Assembly: GCA_963677925.2 (NCBI GenBank)
Contig: CAXXYH010000004.1
Coordinates: 1,280,001-1,344,000, forward strand
Source: Spirochaetia bacterium
GTDB lineage: Bacteria > Spirochaetota > Spirochaetia > UBA9216
DNA: 64,000 nucleotides
Reading direction: 5' to 3'
In this document: piece after piece, positions 1-10,083 of the stretch
Layout of the letters: the number at the start of each line of letters is the position of its first letter
How positions within the stretch are numbered: position 1 is the first letter of the stretch
The notes under the pieces: model-generated
What the model was told of the DNA's origin: nothing
The model's input: the letters and a program-made list of their open reading frames with translations, nothing else
The model's database searches: none
Translations under genes and position numbers: made by a program

Positions 1-1718
1 AGGATGTTGCCGCAAGACTTGAAGAGGGAATGTCTGAACCTGTGAATCTGAAATTTGCTATTGAACCTGTCTCATATATTTTCGGTACCGGAAGCCGGCT
101 CAGAATTACAATAACCTGTGCTGATAAGAATACATATCAGCATATGTATAATGAAAACAACCTTCCTGTTATTACTGTACATACAGGCGGAGAGTTCAAC
201 TCAAGCATTACTGTTCCCTTTGTTGAGCATATAAATAATGTCTACAACGGAAGATTTGAAAGCTCTACGTATTCGGGGCCGGGAACTATGTATTTCTTTG
301 ACCGTAATATCTATGCATATAAAAATGGAAGCTGGGACAAGCTGCCTGCAGATTCAAATTCCGCGGAATACACAATTATTGACGGTGTTGCATGTTTTGA
401 GAATGCAGGTTTTACATTTGTGCATGAGGGGTTGCCACTAAAAGACGGTATTATGCAGGAGTATGAGGGCGGCGATGAACAGATTCAGCCTCTGCCTGTG
501 TTCAGGCATGAACATCTTGATACGGTTCCTGTTCAGCTCCGGGAGGAAACCCTGTATGTTCCCACTGAAAAAACTCTGTTTCTGGATCTTTTTGTAAAAG
601 AGCATAATCCGTTAGAGAAAAAGCCCTGTGTTATCTATATACACGGCTATGGAGCGAGCTTTTCAGTATTTACACCCCAGCTTCAGCTGCTGTATGAAAA
701 TGATTACATAATAGCAGGCATTGATCTTCGTAATTATCCGCCAAATTACTTCCCGGACTATATCCACGATATTAAAGGTTCGGTCAGATTTTTACGTGCA
801 AATGCTGAACGTTTTGGTATAGATCCGGAGCGAATAGGCTCATATGGAGTATCGCTCGGCGGGAACTCTACTCTTATGCTCGCTGTGTCAGCTGAAGTTC
901 CTGAACTCGAAGGCGAGGTAGGAGGAAACCTTGAGTTTTCAAGCCGCATACAGGCCGCCGGAGCCGGGTATGCCTGGAGTGATCTTCTTTATATGGGCAG
1001 TGATATAACTGAAGAATACAGCGGACTTCCTGAACTGCAGAAGGAGAAATTTGACCGCACTGACGGAGAATATGCCCCTTGTGCAGAGGTAATAGATTTT
1101 GCCGGTAAGGAAAAAGGAATTGCTGTTCTGCGTGAGTACCTTGAATCAGGATGTCGCGGAACGAATCAGTATCTTGATAGTAAACTTGATGACGCATTTA
1201 GAGCCAGTCCAATTAATTACTGCAGACCTGACTGTCCTCCTATAGCTCTGGTAGGCGGACTTGGGATGTATAAGGTCGATATAGCAAATAATCAGACCAT
1301 ACGGACCTTCAACGAGATGGAAAAAAATAAAGTTTCCTGTTTTATGTACAGCAATACAAAGGGAAATTACGCCAGATTGCCGGAGATATGTATGTCAGTT
1401 CTGCAGTTTTTTGAAAATAATCTCAAAAATAAAATATTTACAGAAAAAACTGTTTTTGTAAAAGATTCGAACCGCATGATACATAACTACCTGCATCACA
1501 AAACAGAAAATCCTGCTATTCATTTTGAAGGTGAGATGTTAATTCCCTGGAATGATATAAAAGCTGTACATGAACTTCCGGAGGGTGTTTCCGTTAACGG
1601 TGAGATAAGAGAAATAAAGGGCTGTAAATATATCGAGGCCTCGGATGCCGCAGCATTATTTGATCTTGAATACAGTAATTTTCCTGACAAATCAATGCTT
1701 GTTTTTGAGAAAAAGTAG
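1..1718 (+). CDS. 5'-truncated multidomain hydrolase: CocE/NonD C-terminal domain end, alpha/beta hydrolase (BD-FAE-like), C-terminal stalk-like domain
   Basis: Frame is open from the window edge (DVAARLEEG before ATG 30). EPVNLKFAIEPVSYIFGTGSRLRITI...VHTGGEFNSSITVP matches the CocE/PepX_C end; IHGYG, GIDPERIGSYGVSLGG and ASPINY..PDCPP match alpha/beta esterases. Confidence 0.75.
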   Translation, partial: DVAARLEEGMSEPVNLKFAIEPVSYIFGTGSRLRITITCADKNTYQHMYNENNLPVITVHTGGEFNSSITVPFVEHINNVYNGRFESSTYSGPGTMYFFDRNIYAYKNGSWDKLPADSNSAEYTIIDGVACFENAGFTFVHEGLPLKDGIMQEYEGGDEQIQPLPVFRHEHLDTVPVQLREETLYVPTEKTLFLDLFVKEHNPLEKKPCVIYIHGYGASFSVFTPQLQLLYENDYIIAGIDLRNYPPNYFPDYIHDIKGSVRFLRANAERFGIDPERIGSYGVSLGGNSTLMLAVSAEVPELEGEVGGNLEFSSRIQAAGAGYAWSDLLYMGSDITEEYSGLPELQKEKFDRTDGEYAPCAEVIDFAGKEKGIAVLREYLESGCRGTNQYLDSKLDDAFRASPINYCRPDCPPIALVGGLGMYKVDIANNQTIRTFNEMEKNKVSCFMYSNTKGNYARLPEICMSVLQFFENNLKNKIFTEKTVFVKDSNRMIHNYLHHKTENPAIHFEGEMLIPWNDIKAVHELPEGVSVNGEIREIKGCKYIEASDAAALFDLEYSNFPDKSMLVFEKK

Positions 1719-1765
1719 TTCCGGATTTTTGCCGGTTCTTAAATATATTAAGAGGAGAAGGTTAA

Positions 1766-2722
1766 ATGGGAAAATATATTATCAGAAGACTTCTTTTGAT
1801 GATTCCTGTTCTTTTAGGAGTAACATTATTTGTATTCACACTGCTTTATTTCACCCCCGGTGATCCAGCCCAGATAAAACTGGGAGCAGATGCAACACCG
1901 CAGGAAGTTGATGAGCTCCGTGCTGAATGGGGACTTGATGATCCCTTTCTTGTGCGTTTCGGACGCTACTGCTATAACGCTTTTATAAGATTTGATTTAG
2001 GAAATTCTTATATCAACAACCGAAGCGTTACTGAAGAGATTGTTTCAAGATTTCCAAATACTTTTCTGGTAGCGGCTCTGAGTGTACTTCTCTCTGTTTT
2101 GATTGGTATGCCTCTTGGTGTAGCCTCTGCTGTTAACCAATATTCCTGGAAAGATAATGCATCGATGCTGATAGCTTTGATAGGGGTCTCCATGCCCGGC
2201 TTCTGGGTAGGGTTAATGCTTTCGCTGCTGTTTGCCCTGAAATTGCGGTGGCTGCCGGCAACCGGTTTCAATGGAATTGAATATCTTATAATGCCGTGCT
2301 TTTCAATTGCATTAAATGCGGCAGGAAGAATAGCACGTCAGACCCGTTCGAGTATGCTTGAGGTTATCCGCCAGGATTATATAACCACAGCCCGTGCAAA
2401 GGGTCAGACTGAACGCAACATTATCTATGTTCATGCCCTCAGAAACGCCCTTATACCGGTCATAACTACAGTTGGAGCACTTCTGGGCATACAGATGAGC
2501 GGTGCTATTGTTGCGGAATCGGTCTTCTCAATTCCGGGACTTGGGACTTATATGGTTGGTGCTATCAAGAGCCGTGACTATCTTGCCATTCAGGGAAGCG
2601 TGCTGGTCATTTCAATAACTTTCAGTGTGGTAATGCTTCTTGTTGATATTCTCTACGCCTATGTGGATCCGAGAATCAAGAGCCAGTACCACAAAACTAA
2701 ATCAAAAAAGAAGGCGGCATAG
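1766..2722 (+). CDS. Opp/Dpp-family ABC transporter permease (DppB-like)
   Basis: PGDPA, TRSSMLEVIRQDYITTARAKG EAA loop, DPRI end; AGGAG RBS. Confidence 0.93.
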   Translation: MGKYIIRRLLLMIPVLLGVTLFVFTLLYFTPGDPAQIKLGADATPQEVDELRAEWGLDDPFLVRFGRYCYNAFIRFDLGNSYINNRSVTEEIVSRFPNTFLVAALSVLLSVLIGMPLGVASAVNQYSWKDNASMLIALIGVSMPGFWVGLMLSLLFALKLRWLPATGFNGIEYLIMPCFSIALNAAGRIARQTRSSMLEVIRQDYITTARAKGQTERNIIYVHALRNALIPVITTVGALLGIQMSGAIVAESVFSIPGLGTYMVGAIKSRDYLAIQGSVLVISITFSVVMLLVDILYAYVDPRIKSQYHKTKSKKKAA

Positions 2723-2723
2723 A

Positions 2724-3587
2724 ATGGCAGATGCAAAAAAACAGAGAAACAGCTATTTCTGGCTTATCTTAGGTCGACTGAAAAAGAACAAGGTCGCAAT
2801 GGCGGGACTCTTTTTCATGATCTTTATTATCCTTGTCGCGGTTTTTGCAGATTTTATAGCACCATATCCCTATGAACAGCAGGATATTGATAATGTACTT
2901 TCACTGCCCAGCCTCTCTCATCCTATGGGAACTGATAATCTGGGACGCGATATACTCAGTCGGATTATTTACGGCGGACGAATGTCTCTTCGTATGGGAA
3001 TTATCTCAGTTGGTATAGCCGCTATTATTGGCATATTTCTGGGTGCGCTGTGCGGATACTATGTTGGAAAGGTTGACCAGATAATAATGCGTACCCTGGA
3101 TATCTTTCAGTCAATTCCGCCAATACTTACTGCAATTGCAATTGCGGCGGCACTCGGGCCGGGAATCGGAAACGCGATGCTTGCTGTAGGAATATCATTA
3201 ATTCCTTCATACGCCAGAATGACCAGAGCCTCATTCTTAAGTGTCCGGGGAATGGAATATGTTGAAGCTGCAAAAGCTATCAACGCGAAAGATATGAGAA
3301 TAATCGGCAAGCACATCCTGCCTAATGCAATGTCTCCGCTCATTGTCCAGATGACAATGGGAGTTGCCGGTGCAATCCTCATAGCCGCAATGCTCAGCTT
3401 TATCGGTCTCGGTGCCCAGCCTCCGGTTCCGGAATGGGGAGCAATGCTTTCAGGCGGACGAAACTATATTCGTGATTACTGGCATATCGTTTTCTTTCCG
3501 GGAGTGACCATAATGCTGACGGTTCTCTCTCTTAACATGCTCGGTGACGGTCTTCGTGATGCGCTTGACCCAAGGCTTAAGAACTAG
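2724..3587 (+). CDS. Opp/Dpp-family ABC transporter permease (DppC-like)
   Basis: HPMGTDNLGRD, EYVEAAKAI, LGDGLRDALDP; start moved to ATG 2724 just after the upstream stop. Confidence 0.92.
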   Translation: MADAKKQRNSYFWLILGRLKKNKVAMAGLFFMIFIILVAVFADFIAPYPYEQQDIDNVLSLPSLSHPMGTDNLGRDILSRIIYGGRMSLRMGIISVGIAAIIGIFLGALCGYYVGKVDQIIMRTLDIFQSIPPILTAIAIAAALGPGIGNAMLAVGISLIPSYARMTRASFLSVRGMEYVEAAKAINAKDMRIIGKHILPNAMSPLIVQMTMGVAGAILIAAMLSFIGLGAQPPVPEWGAMLSGGRNYIRDYWHIVFFPGVTIMLTVLSLNMLGDGLRDALDPRLKN

Positions 3588-3599
3588 GAGGCCTGTCAT

Positions 3600-4631
3600 A
3601 TGGAAAATACTATTGATTCTACGCTTGAACGGGAAGAGCTGATGGAAAATAAAACTGAGAAAAAGGTTCTTCTTTCTATTAAAGGTCTAAACGTACACTA
3701 CTCAACAGATGAGAACCGGGTTTATGCAGCCAATGATGTTTCATTTGATCTTAATGTGGGAGAAACCCTTGGTCTGGTAGGAGAAACCGGAGCGGGTAAG
3801 ACAACAATAGCCAAGGCTATCCTTCGTATTCTGCCGGATCCTCCAGCAGTAATTGACAGCGGTGAGATTGTTTTCGATGGACAGGACCTTTTAAAGCTTT
3901 CCGATGCAAAGATGCGTAAGATAAGGGGAAATAAGATCTCCATGATCTTCCAGGATCCGATGACCGCTCTAAACCCGATTTTTTATGTCGGTAAGCAGAT
4001 ATCTGAAGTAATCAGGCTTCATGAGAAAATTTCACGGACAGATGCCGAGCAGAAGGCTGTTCAGATTCTTGAAAAAGTAGGAATTCCGGGAGACCGGTTC
4101 AACGAGTATCCTCACCAGTTTTCCGGAGGAATGAAACAGAGGGTAGTTATCGCAATGGCTCTTGCCTGCAACCCGGCACTTCTTCTTGCTGATGAACCGA
4201 CTACTGCTCTTGATGTGACAATTCAGGCCCAGGTGCTTGAGATGATGGCGAAGCTTAAGGAAGAGCTTAGTACCTCAATGGTTATGATTACCCATGACCT
4301 TGGTGTTGTTGCGGAAATCTGCGACAAGGTTGCGGTTGTCTATGCAGGAAGCATAGTTGAGATGGGAACAAAGGAAGACATTTTCGACCGGACTTCACAT
4401 CCCTACACCAAGGGGCTTTTTGGTTCCCTTCCTTCGCTCAGTTCGGAAGAAACAAGACTTAACCCTATTCAGGGAATGATGCCCGACCCGACTAATCTGC
4501 CTAAGGGCTGTGCGTTTAATCCCAGATGTCCGATGGCCACAGATAAATGCCGTGAGGGCGTGCTGGAGTTCGAAGAGTTGAATCCGGGACATTTTGTTAA
4601 ATGTATCTACGCAAAGGGGGATTCCAAATAA
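3600..4631 (+). CDS. Opp/Dpp-family ABC ATP-binding protein (DppD-like)
   Basis: Walker [29 protein letters not shown] plus C-terminal Cys cluster. Confidence 0.93.
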   Translation: MENTIDSTLEREELMENKTEKKVLLSIKGLNVHYSTDENRVYAANDVSFDLNVGETLGLVGETGAGKTTIAKAILRILPDPPAVIDSGEIVFDGQDLLKLSDAKMRKIRGNKISMIFQDPMTALNPIFYVGKQISEVIRLHEKISRTDAEQKAVQILEKVGIPGDRFNEYPHQFSGGMKQRVVIAMALACNPALLLADEPTTALDVTIQAQVLEMMAKLKEELSTSMVMITHDLGVVAEICDKVAVVYAGSIVEMGTKEDIFDRTSHPYTKGLFGSLPSLSSEETRLNPIQGMMPDPTNLPKGCAFNPRCPMATDKCREGVLEFEELNPGHFVKCIYAKGDSK

Positions 4632-5617
4632 TGAGTGCAATTTTAGAGGTGAAAAACCTTAAAAAATATTTCAAAAATCCAAGGGGAATGCTGCATGCAG
4701 TGGATGATGTGAGCTTCCAGATAGAAAAGGGAACTACCCTTGGAGTTGTCGGAGAATCCGGCTGCGGAAAGTCAACTCTGGGCAGAACCATCCTTCAGCT
4801 GGTTGAGAGCACTGGTGGACAGATTCTCTTTGAAGGAGAGGATGTAACCAATGCCGATGCAAAAACACTCAACCGGCTACGGCAGGATATGCAGATAATC
4901 TTTCAGGATCCATTTTCCTCGCTTAATCCGCGGATGACGGTCAGTGAAACTATAATGGAGCCGCTGAAGCTTCAGGGAAAGATGAAGAAGGCTCAGATGG
5001 ATCTGGAAACCGCAAAGGTTATGGATACTGTAGGGCTTGCAAAGAGACTTGCAAACTCCTACCCGCATGAGCTGGACGGCGGGCGAAGACAGCGAATCGG
5101 AATAGGCCGCGCACTTGCGCTGGATCCTAAATTTATCGTATGCGATGAACCTGTTTCCGCCCTTGATGTTTCAATTCAGGCACAGATTCTCAACCTGATG
5201 CAGGACTTGAAAGCTGAACGCGGACTGACCTATATTTTTATCACCCATGATCTGTCAGTGGTAAAATACATCTCTGATGAAATCACTGTTATGTACCTTG
5301 GACAGGTTGTTGAGAAGGCTGCATCAAAAGAACTGTTCAAAAACCCTATGCATCCATATACAAAAGCGCTGCTTTCGGCAATTCCAATTCCGGACATTCA
5401 CGTAAAAAAAGAGAGAATAATTCTACGAGGTGAAATTACATCACCTATCAATCCCAAGCCCGGCTGCCGCTTTGCCGCCAGGTGTATATATGCAGAAGAA
5501 AGCTGCAAAGCCCCCCAGGCTCTTCGGGAGGTTGTTCCAGGACACCATGTGCTGTGCAGCAGGATTGAAGAAATTGCTGCGCAAAAAGGGGACAGGATAG
5601 AGGCATTTGTCCGGTAA
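4631..5617 (+). CDS. Opp/Dpp-family ABC ATP-binding protein (DppF-like)
   Basis: GESGCGKS, variant signature LDGGRRQR, VCDEPVSALD; TAATG stop/start overlap at 4629-4633. Confidence 0.92.
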   Translation: MSAILEVKNLKKYFKNPRGMLHAVDDVSFQIEKGTTLGVVGESGCGKSTLGRTILQLVESTGGQILFEGEDVTNADAKTLNRLRQDMQIIFQDPFSSLNPRMTVSETIMEPLKLQGKMKKAQMDLETAKVMDTVGLAKRLANSYPHELDGGRRQRIGIGRALALDPKFIVCDEPVSALDVSIQAQILNLMQDLKAERGLTYIFITHDLSVVKYISDEITVMYLGQVVEKAASKELFKNPMHPYTKALLSAIPIPDIHVKKERIILRGEITSPINPKPGCRFAARCIYAEESCKAPQALREVVPGHHVLCSRIEEIAAQKGDRIEAFVR

Positions 5618-5657
5618 AACCGGTTCAAAAATAAATTCGTCAAATACAGGAGGACGT

Positions 5658-7199
5658 ATGAAGTTTAGAAAAAGAGAAATAGTTTTACTGCTTCTTGCAG
5701 CTGCTATGCTGTTTGCTGTGAGCAGCTGCAGTAAAAAGGAGTCGTCAGAAGCTGCCGCTGAACCCGCACGTGATACAATAGTGGTTCAGATTGCTGCAGA
5801 TCCGAGTGACTTGAATCCGTATACACTAAATACTAATGAATCTTCACGTGTAAGAAACCAGATTCTGGAACCATTGCTCGGTCAGGGCTACAACATGAAG
5901 ATGACTCCCATGCTGGCCACCGGTTATGAGAGAGAGGATGACACACATTACATCTTTCATCTGCGGGAAGGTGTAAAGTTTCATAACGGAAATGATTTTA
6001 CAGCCGAGGATGTTGTATTTTCACTTAAAACTGCAGCATCAATTAAACTATCTAAAAAGTATGTCGAGTTCGTTGATGTTGAAAATACCGTAGCCGTTGA
6101 TGACCACACAGTAAGGGTTGCACTTACTAAACCTGACCTGTTTTTTCTGACATCTATTTCAGGACTTCAGATGGTAGATAAAGACGCCTACGAGGCAGAC
6201 CCGGATCTTATGTCAAAACAGCCGGTAGGTACCGGACCTTATGAACTGGTGGACTGGAAACTCGGCAGTGAAGTAGTTCTTAAAAAATTTAATGATTACT
6301 GGGGTGAGCCGGCAAAAATTGAAAATGTAGTTTTCAGGCCGATAGGTGAACCTTCGCAGAGAGCTATCGAACTGGAAACCGGAGGTATTGATGTCATTCT
6401 TGATCTTCAGGCAAGTGACTTTACACGTTTCGATGGAGACCCCAAATTTGAAACATATAAGAGAGTAGGGTTTCGTACACAATCTTTATATTATAACAAC
6501 TCTGATGCATCTATTATGAAAAGCAAGCTTTTAAGGCAGGCTCTTTCATATGTATTTGATACAAATGCAATTGCCAAGGTCGGTTACAACGGATTTGCTA
6601 AACCGTCTGTAACATTTTTCACCGAAGGTTTTGTAAATTACGATGAGCGATTCAACAAGGGAGTATTTTACGAACAGGATATTGAAAAAGCTAAAAAACT
6701 GCTGGCTGAAGCAGGATATCCGGATGGGTTTGAAGTTGAGTTCTATATAAGCGATTCGAACCTTGATGTAATTGTATCAGAGATTATGCAGAACCAGCTG
6801 GCTCAGATTGGAGTAAAAGCAACAATCAGCTCCTATGAAGGTGCAATCTACAGAACAATACTTAATGATCCGAATTCAGGATGGGATGTTGCTCTGACTA
6901 ATATGCAGGCGCCAAGCGGCCATTCAATCGACTACTTTAATGCCTTCCTGGCTGAAGACGGCCTTAACAGGCCCGCATACCGGAGCGCTGAATTCAACAA
7001 GTTAATTAAAACAGCACTTATAACTACAGATGAGCAGAAATCACTCGATTTGGAAGACCAGATTTTGGAAATTCTCAACGAAGATGTTCCATTCAGGCCT
7101 CTTGTTCAGGTTGAAATGCTTTATGCATGGACCAGTGATTTGAAGAATATGGATATATGGGGACAGAGTAATGTACATCTTTCTGATGTCTCGTTTTAA
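5658..7199 (+). CDS. Family 5 ABC substrate-binding lipoprotein
   Basis: AGGAGG RBS before ATG 5658, lipobox AVSSC, LREGVKFHNG, PVGTGPY, KAKKLLAEAGY. Confidence 0.92.
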   Translation: MKFRKREIVLLLLAAAMLFAVSSCSKKESSEAAAEPARDTIVVQIAADPSDLNPYTLNTNESSRVRNQILEPLLGQGYNMKMTPMLATGYEREDDTHYIFHLREGVKFHNGNDFTAEDVVFSLKTAASIKLSKKYVEFVDVENTVAVDDHTVRVALTKPDLFFLTSISGLQMVDKDAYEADPDLMSKQPVGTGPYELVDWKLGSEVVLKKFNDYWGEPAKIENVVFRPIGEPSQRAIELETGGIDVILDLQASDFTRFDGDPKFETYKRVGFRTQSLYYNNSDASIMKSKLLRQALSYVFDTNAIAKVGYNGFAKPSVTFFTEGFVNYDERFNKGVFYEQDIEKAKKLLAEAGYPDGFEVEFYISDSNLDVIVSEIMQNQLAQIGVKATISSYEGAIYRTILNDPNSGWDVALTNMQAPSGHSIDYFNAFLAEDGLNRPAYRSAEFNKLIKTALITTDEQKSLDLEDQILEILNEDVPFRPLVQVEMLYAWTSDLKNMDIWGQSNVHLSDVSF

Positions 7200-7212
7200 T
7201 TTCTAATGATTC

Positions 7213-7242
7213 AAAAGGCGGGGAACATCCCCGCCTTTTTTT
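7213..7242 (+). terminator. Intrinsic terminator after SBP gene
   Basis: AAAAGGCGGGGA-ACA-TCCCCGCCTTTT hairpin followed by T run. Confidence 0.85.
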
Positions 7243-7298
7243 GATTATAAAACCATGGCAGTACGAAATCTGTTCGGCCTTGAATACTGGAGTGACAA

Positions 7299-8465
7299 AT
7301 GATAAATAATGAAATAATTGAGAAAATGAGAAAATCGCCAATCACCGGCCGGCCTTATTCCTTTTCGATGGAGACCCTGTTGCTTATTAAAGATTCAGTA
7401 ATTGTCCTGATTGATAATTACCGATACGAACTCTCCAGGCCTGCAGAGACTCATGGTGATGATATTTTTATAAGCATAAAAGATCTTGAAAAGATTTTTG
7501 CTCCTGATATGAAGGTTGAAGCCTCAGGTGAAGATCTTGCAATCACCTTTCTTGGAATGAAAACAGTGCTGCCTTCTGATGAAATGATTCCTGTAAGGCG
7601 GGTGATGTCCGGGATTTTCGGCATGACCTTCGATGCCAGGGATGACATTTTTGCTTTAAGCTACCTTCCGGAATACAGCATATCTCCGGATATGATAAAA
7701 TATAAGCAAATGTGTCTTGGAGGTAAGACCATTGGCGATTTCCGGATGGCTTACTGGAATTCAGAAGTTAACAGGATAAATACATACCGTTTTTATATCC
7801 CTTCATCGTATAACCCGGCGGTTCCTTCCAGGCTGGCTGTATGTCTTCATGGAGCAGGCGGCAACAGCGACAGCCCTTTTGATACATCAGAAAATATGCT
7901 TTCATACTATGCAGAGAAGTTTAATTATCTGCTGCTTGCTCCTAATTCCTATGTTATGTCCAGTAATTATGGCGGCGGGATTCCGCCCTTAGGGATGTTC
8001 CGCTATGATCCTGAGAAAAAAGTTTCAGTTGATCCGGGATATTATTCTGAAACCGTGATGGGAGAAAATAAGACAGCAGAGAACATGGTTTTTGAAGTTT
8101 TTGAAAAGTTTTTCAGCAGTTTTAATGTCGATCCTGATCATGTATATATAATGGGTAATTCAATGGGGGCAATCGGAACCTTTCACCTCGTCTCTGAAAA
8201 ACCTGAGATGTTCAGGGCTGCAGCTCCGGCAGGGGCTCTGCCGATGCTTGAATATTTACCATATGAAAAATTTAAAGAGGTGCCCATGATGGTTATATCA
8301 GGTACAGAAGATACCGGCTGTGTGCACTATATGAGACCCTCCTGTGATTTCCTTTCAAAGAAAGGAATGAATATAAAACTTGTATTTGTCGGCGGCGGTA
8401 ATCACAAATTTGCATGGACTTATGAAATTGAAGAGATTTTTAGGTTTTTTGAACAAAATGTCTAA
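7299..8465 (+). CDS. Alpha/beta hydrolase (esterase, PHB-depolymerase-like) with N-terminal stalk-like domain
   Basis: LHGAGG, GNSMG nucleophile, GTED, GGNH give a complete triad; no signal peptide; GGAG RBS. Confidence 0.8.
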   Translation: MINNEIIEKMRKSPITGRPYSFSMETLLLIKDSVIVLIDNYRYELSRPAETHGDDIFISIKDLEKIFAPDMKVEASGEDLAITFLGMKTVLPSDEMIPVRRVMSGIFGMTFDARDDIFALSYLPEYSISPDMIKYKQMCLGGKTIGDFRMAYWNSEVNRINTYRFYIPSSYNPAVPSRLAVCLHGAGGNSDSPFDTSENMLSYYAEKFNYLLLAPNSYVMSSNYGGGIPPLGMFRYDPEKKVSVDPGYYSETVMGENKTAENMVFEVFEKFFSSFNVDPDHVYIMGNSMGAIGTFHLVSEKPEMFRAAAPAGALPMLEYLPYEKFKEVPMMVISGTEDTGCVHYMRPSCDFLSKKGMNIKLVFVGGGNHKFAWTYEIEEIFRFFEQNV

Positions 8466-8475
8466 TTAGCTGTGG

Positions 8476-9915
8476 CTATGTTGTTATGACAGCCCCGGCT
8501 GTATGAGAATACAAGTCCCACTTCAGATATCTTGTTACGGCTTCTTCTAATATTCCCGAAACCCTTCCCCTGACCATCGCAACATGATGTTCAAACCCGT
8601 TTCTTACGATATGGGTCATCAGTTTTCTCATTTCAGGAATGTTGCATACCGCTATGCCTCCGTCCATTTCGAAAGGATCGTCGGTAAATACACCTTCTCC
8701 GACATAAGTTTTGATTCTACCCAGGTTATCATCAGTTGATACTCTGAAAAACGTAAAGTCGCCGGCTGCTGCCTTGCCTTTTATTGCCCCGAAGCATTTC
8801 TCCGGGCCTATTGTATTACCTAGAATATCAAGATTTGAAATCTCAATCTCTGTACCTATAAAACTTCTCGGATAATTTGAGCAGTGAGTGCATACGCAAA
8901 GGTGCTGCTTGCCTTCGTAATTATTGTTCCAGTCAAGAAAGCCCGGAGCATTCCCGGAGGCTAGCCGAAGGGCATACATTGAGACAGCCCCTGTTACATC
9001 AACTTCACATGCAGAAGGCCGCCCTGACTCGCCCATCATGCTCATAGACAGGCAGGCTGCAGTTCCGTAATTATACTCAAGGCTGTCCCAGCATTGGATT
9101 GCAGAAGCCTGGACTTCGTTTATTTTCATCCAGGTATCAATGGCCACTGAAAGCCTTGCTTGTTTTATAATATTTTCACCGGCAATTTTATCAGGGATTC
9201 TTCCATATGATTTAATTTCCTGAATTTTTCTGGTTACCGGCTCTGATGCGGAATCAAGTTTTTCCGCCGCTGATATGATTTCTGAAAGGTCAGCTGTTAC
9301 AACAGAAATCCCGGCTCTATCGAGCATTTTCTCGCTGTATCTTACAGTCTGGAAGGCTGCTGGTCTGGCGCCGATTGCGCCGATTCTGAGATTTCGCATG
9401 CCCTTTACCACCCGGCAAACGGCGGCGAAATTCATCACGTCTGTCCGGAATTCACTGCTGTCTATATCAACCGTGTGGGAGCTGGTGTCGGTGAAGGGTA
9501 TATTATGGTGGTATAAATTATTACAGACGCTTATTTTTCCGCAGAAAGCATCCCTCCGGCCTTTTACATCAACCTTCGACAGTATGTCGTTTGATGCCTG
9601 TACAAGAACCGGTACATCCAGCCTGCTTCGTTTAATGGTTTCAATAATACCGATTTCATCACCGAAGTTGGGAAGAAGAACAATGATTCCATCAATATCG
9701 TCCTGGTGTTTCCTGAAATAGTCACCGTATTTAGCCGCATCAGACAGGGTTTCTACCGCTCCATTTGGAGTCTCATTTTCAGGTAATATAAACATCCCCA
9801 TATTAAGACTATTAAGAAGTTTTGAAATCTCAAGCCTGGAAATACCTGTATATTCAGGATTGAAAATTCCTCTAGTTCCTATTATTACTCCAAGTGAAAC
9901 CGGTTTGTCTGTCAT
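8476..9915 (-). CDS. L-fucose/L-arabinose isomerase family protein
   Basis: LPNFGDE, RRDAFCGKIS, AIQCW, SACEVD, FLDWNN, HCSN, GFEHH motifs. Confidence 0.88.
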   Translation of the reverse strand: MTDKPVSLGVIIGTRGIFNPEYTGISRLEISKLLNSLNMGMFILPENETPNGAVETLSDAAKYGDYFRKHQDDIDGIIVLLPNFGDEIGIIETIKRSRLDVPVLVQASNDILSKVDVKGRRDAFCGKISVCNNLYHHNIPFTDTSSHTVDIDSSEFRTDVMNFAAVCRVVKGMRNLRIGAIGARPAAFQTVRYSEKMLDRAGISVVTADLSEIISAAEKLDSASEPVTRKIQEIKSYGRIPDKIAGENIIKQARLSVAIDTWMKINEVQASAIQCWDSLEYNYGTAACLSMSMMGESGRPSACEVDVTGAVSMYALRLASGNAPGFLDWNNNYEGKQHLCVCTHCSNYPRSFIGTEIEISNLDILGNTIGPEKCFGAIKGKAAAGDFTFFRVSTDDNLGRIKTYVGEGVFTDDPFEMDGGIAVCNIPEMRKLMTHIVRNGFEHHVAMVRGRVSGILEEAVTRYLKWDLYSHTAGAVITT

Positions 9916-9943
9916 CTGTATTCTCCGTTTTTTTTGTGATTAC

Positions 9944-10064
9944 AACGTAAATCGGCATAGAGGTTTTGTCAATGAGGAATTGAGTAAAACTTATTTAAAT
10001 TTAGTTTTAATTGCGTAATATTTAGTTTTATGTTGACAAAGACAGCTGTGACTCTTAGTATAAC
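9944..10064. promoter_or_regulatory. Divergent sigma70-type promoters with repeated operator-like boxes
   Basis: TTGACA(10033)-N17-TAGTAT on plus; TTGACA(9972-9967)-N17-TACGTT on minus; ATTTAGTTTTA at 9999 and 10020. Confidence 0.6.
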
Positions 10065-10083
10065 CCTGTATTAGGAGATCTCA

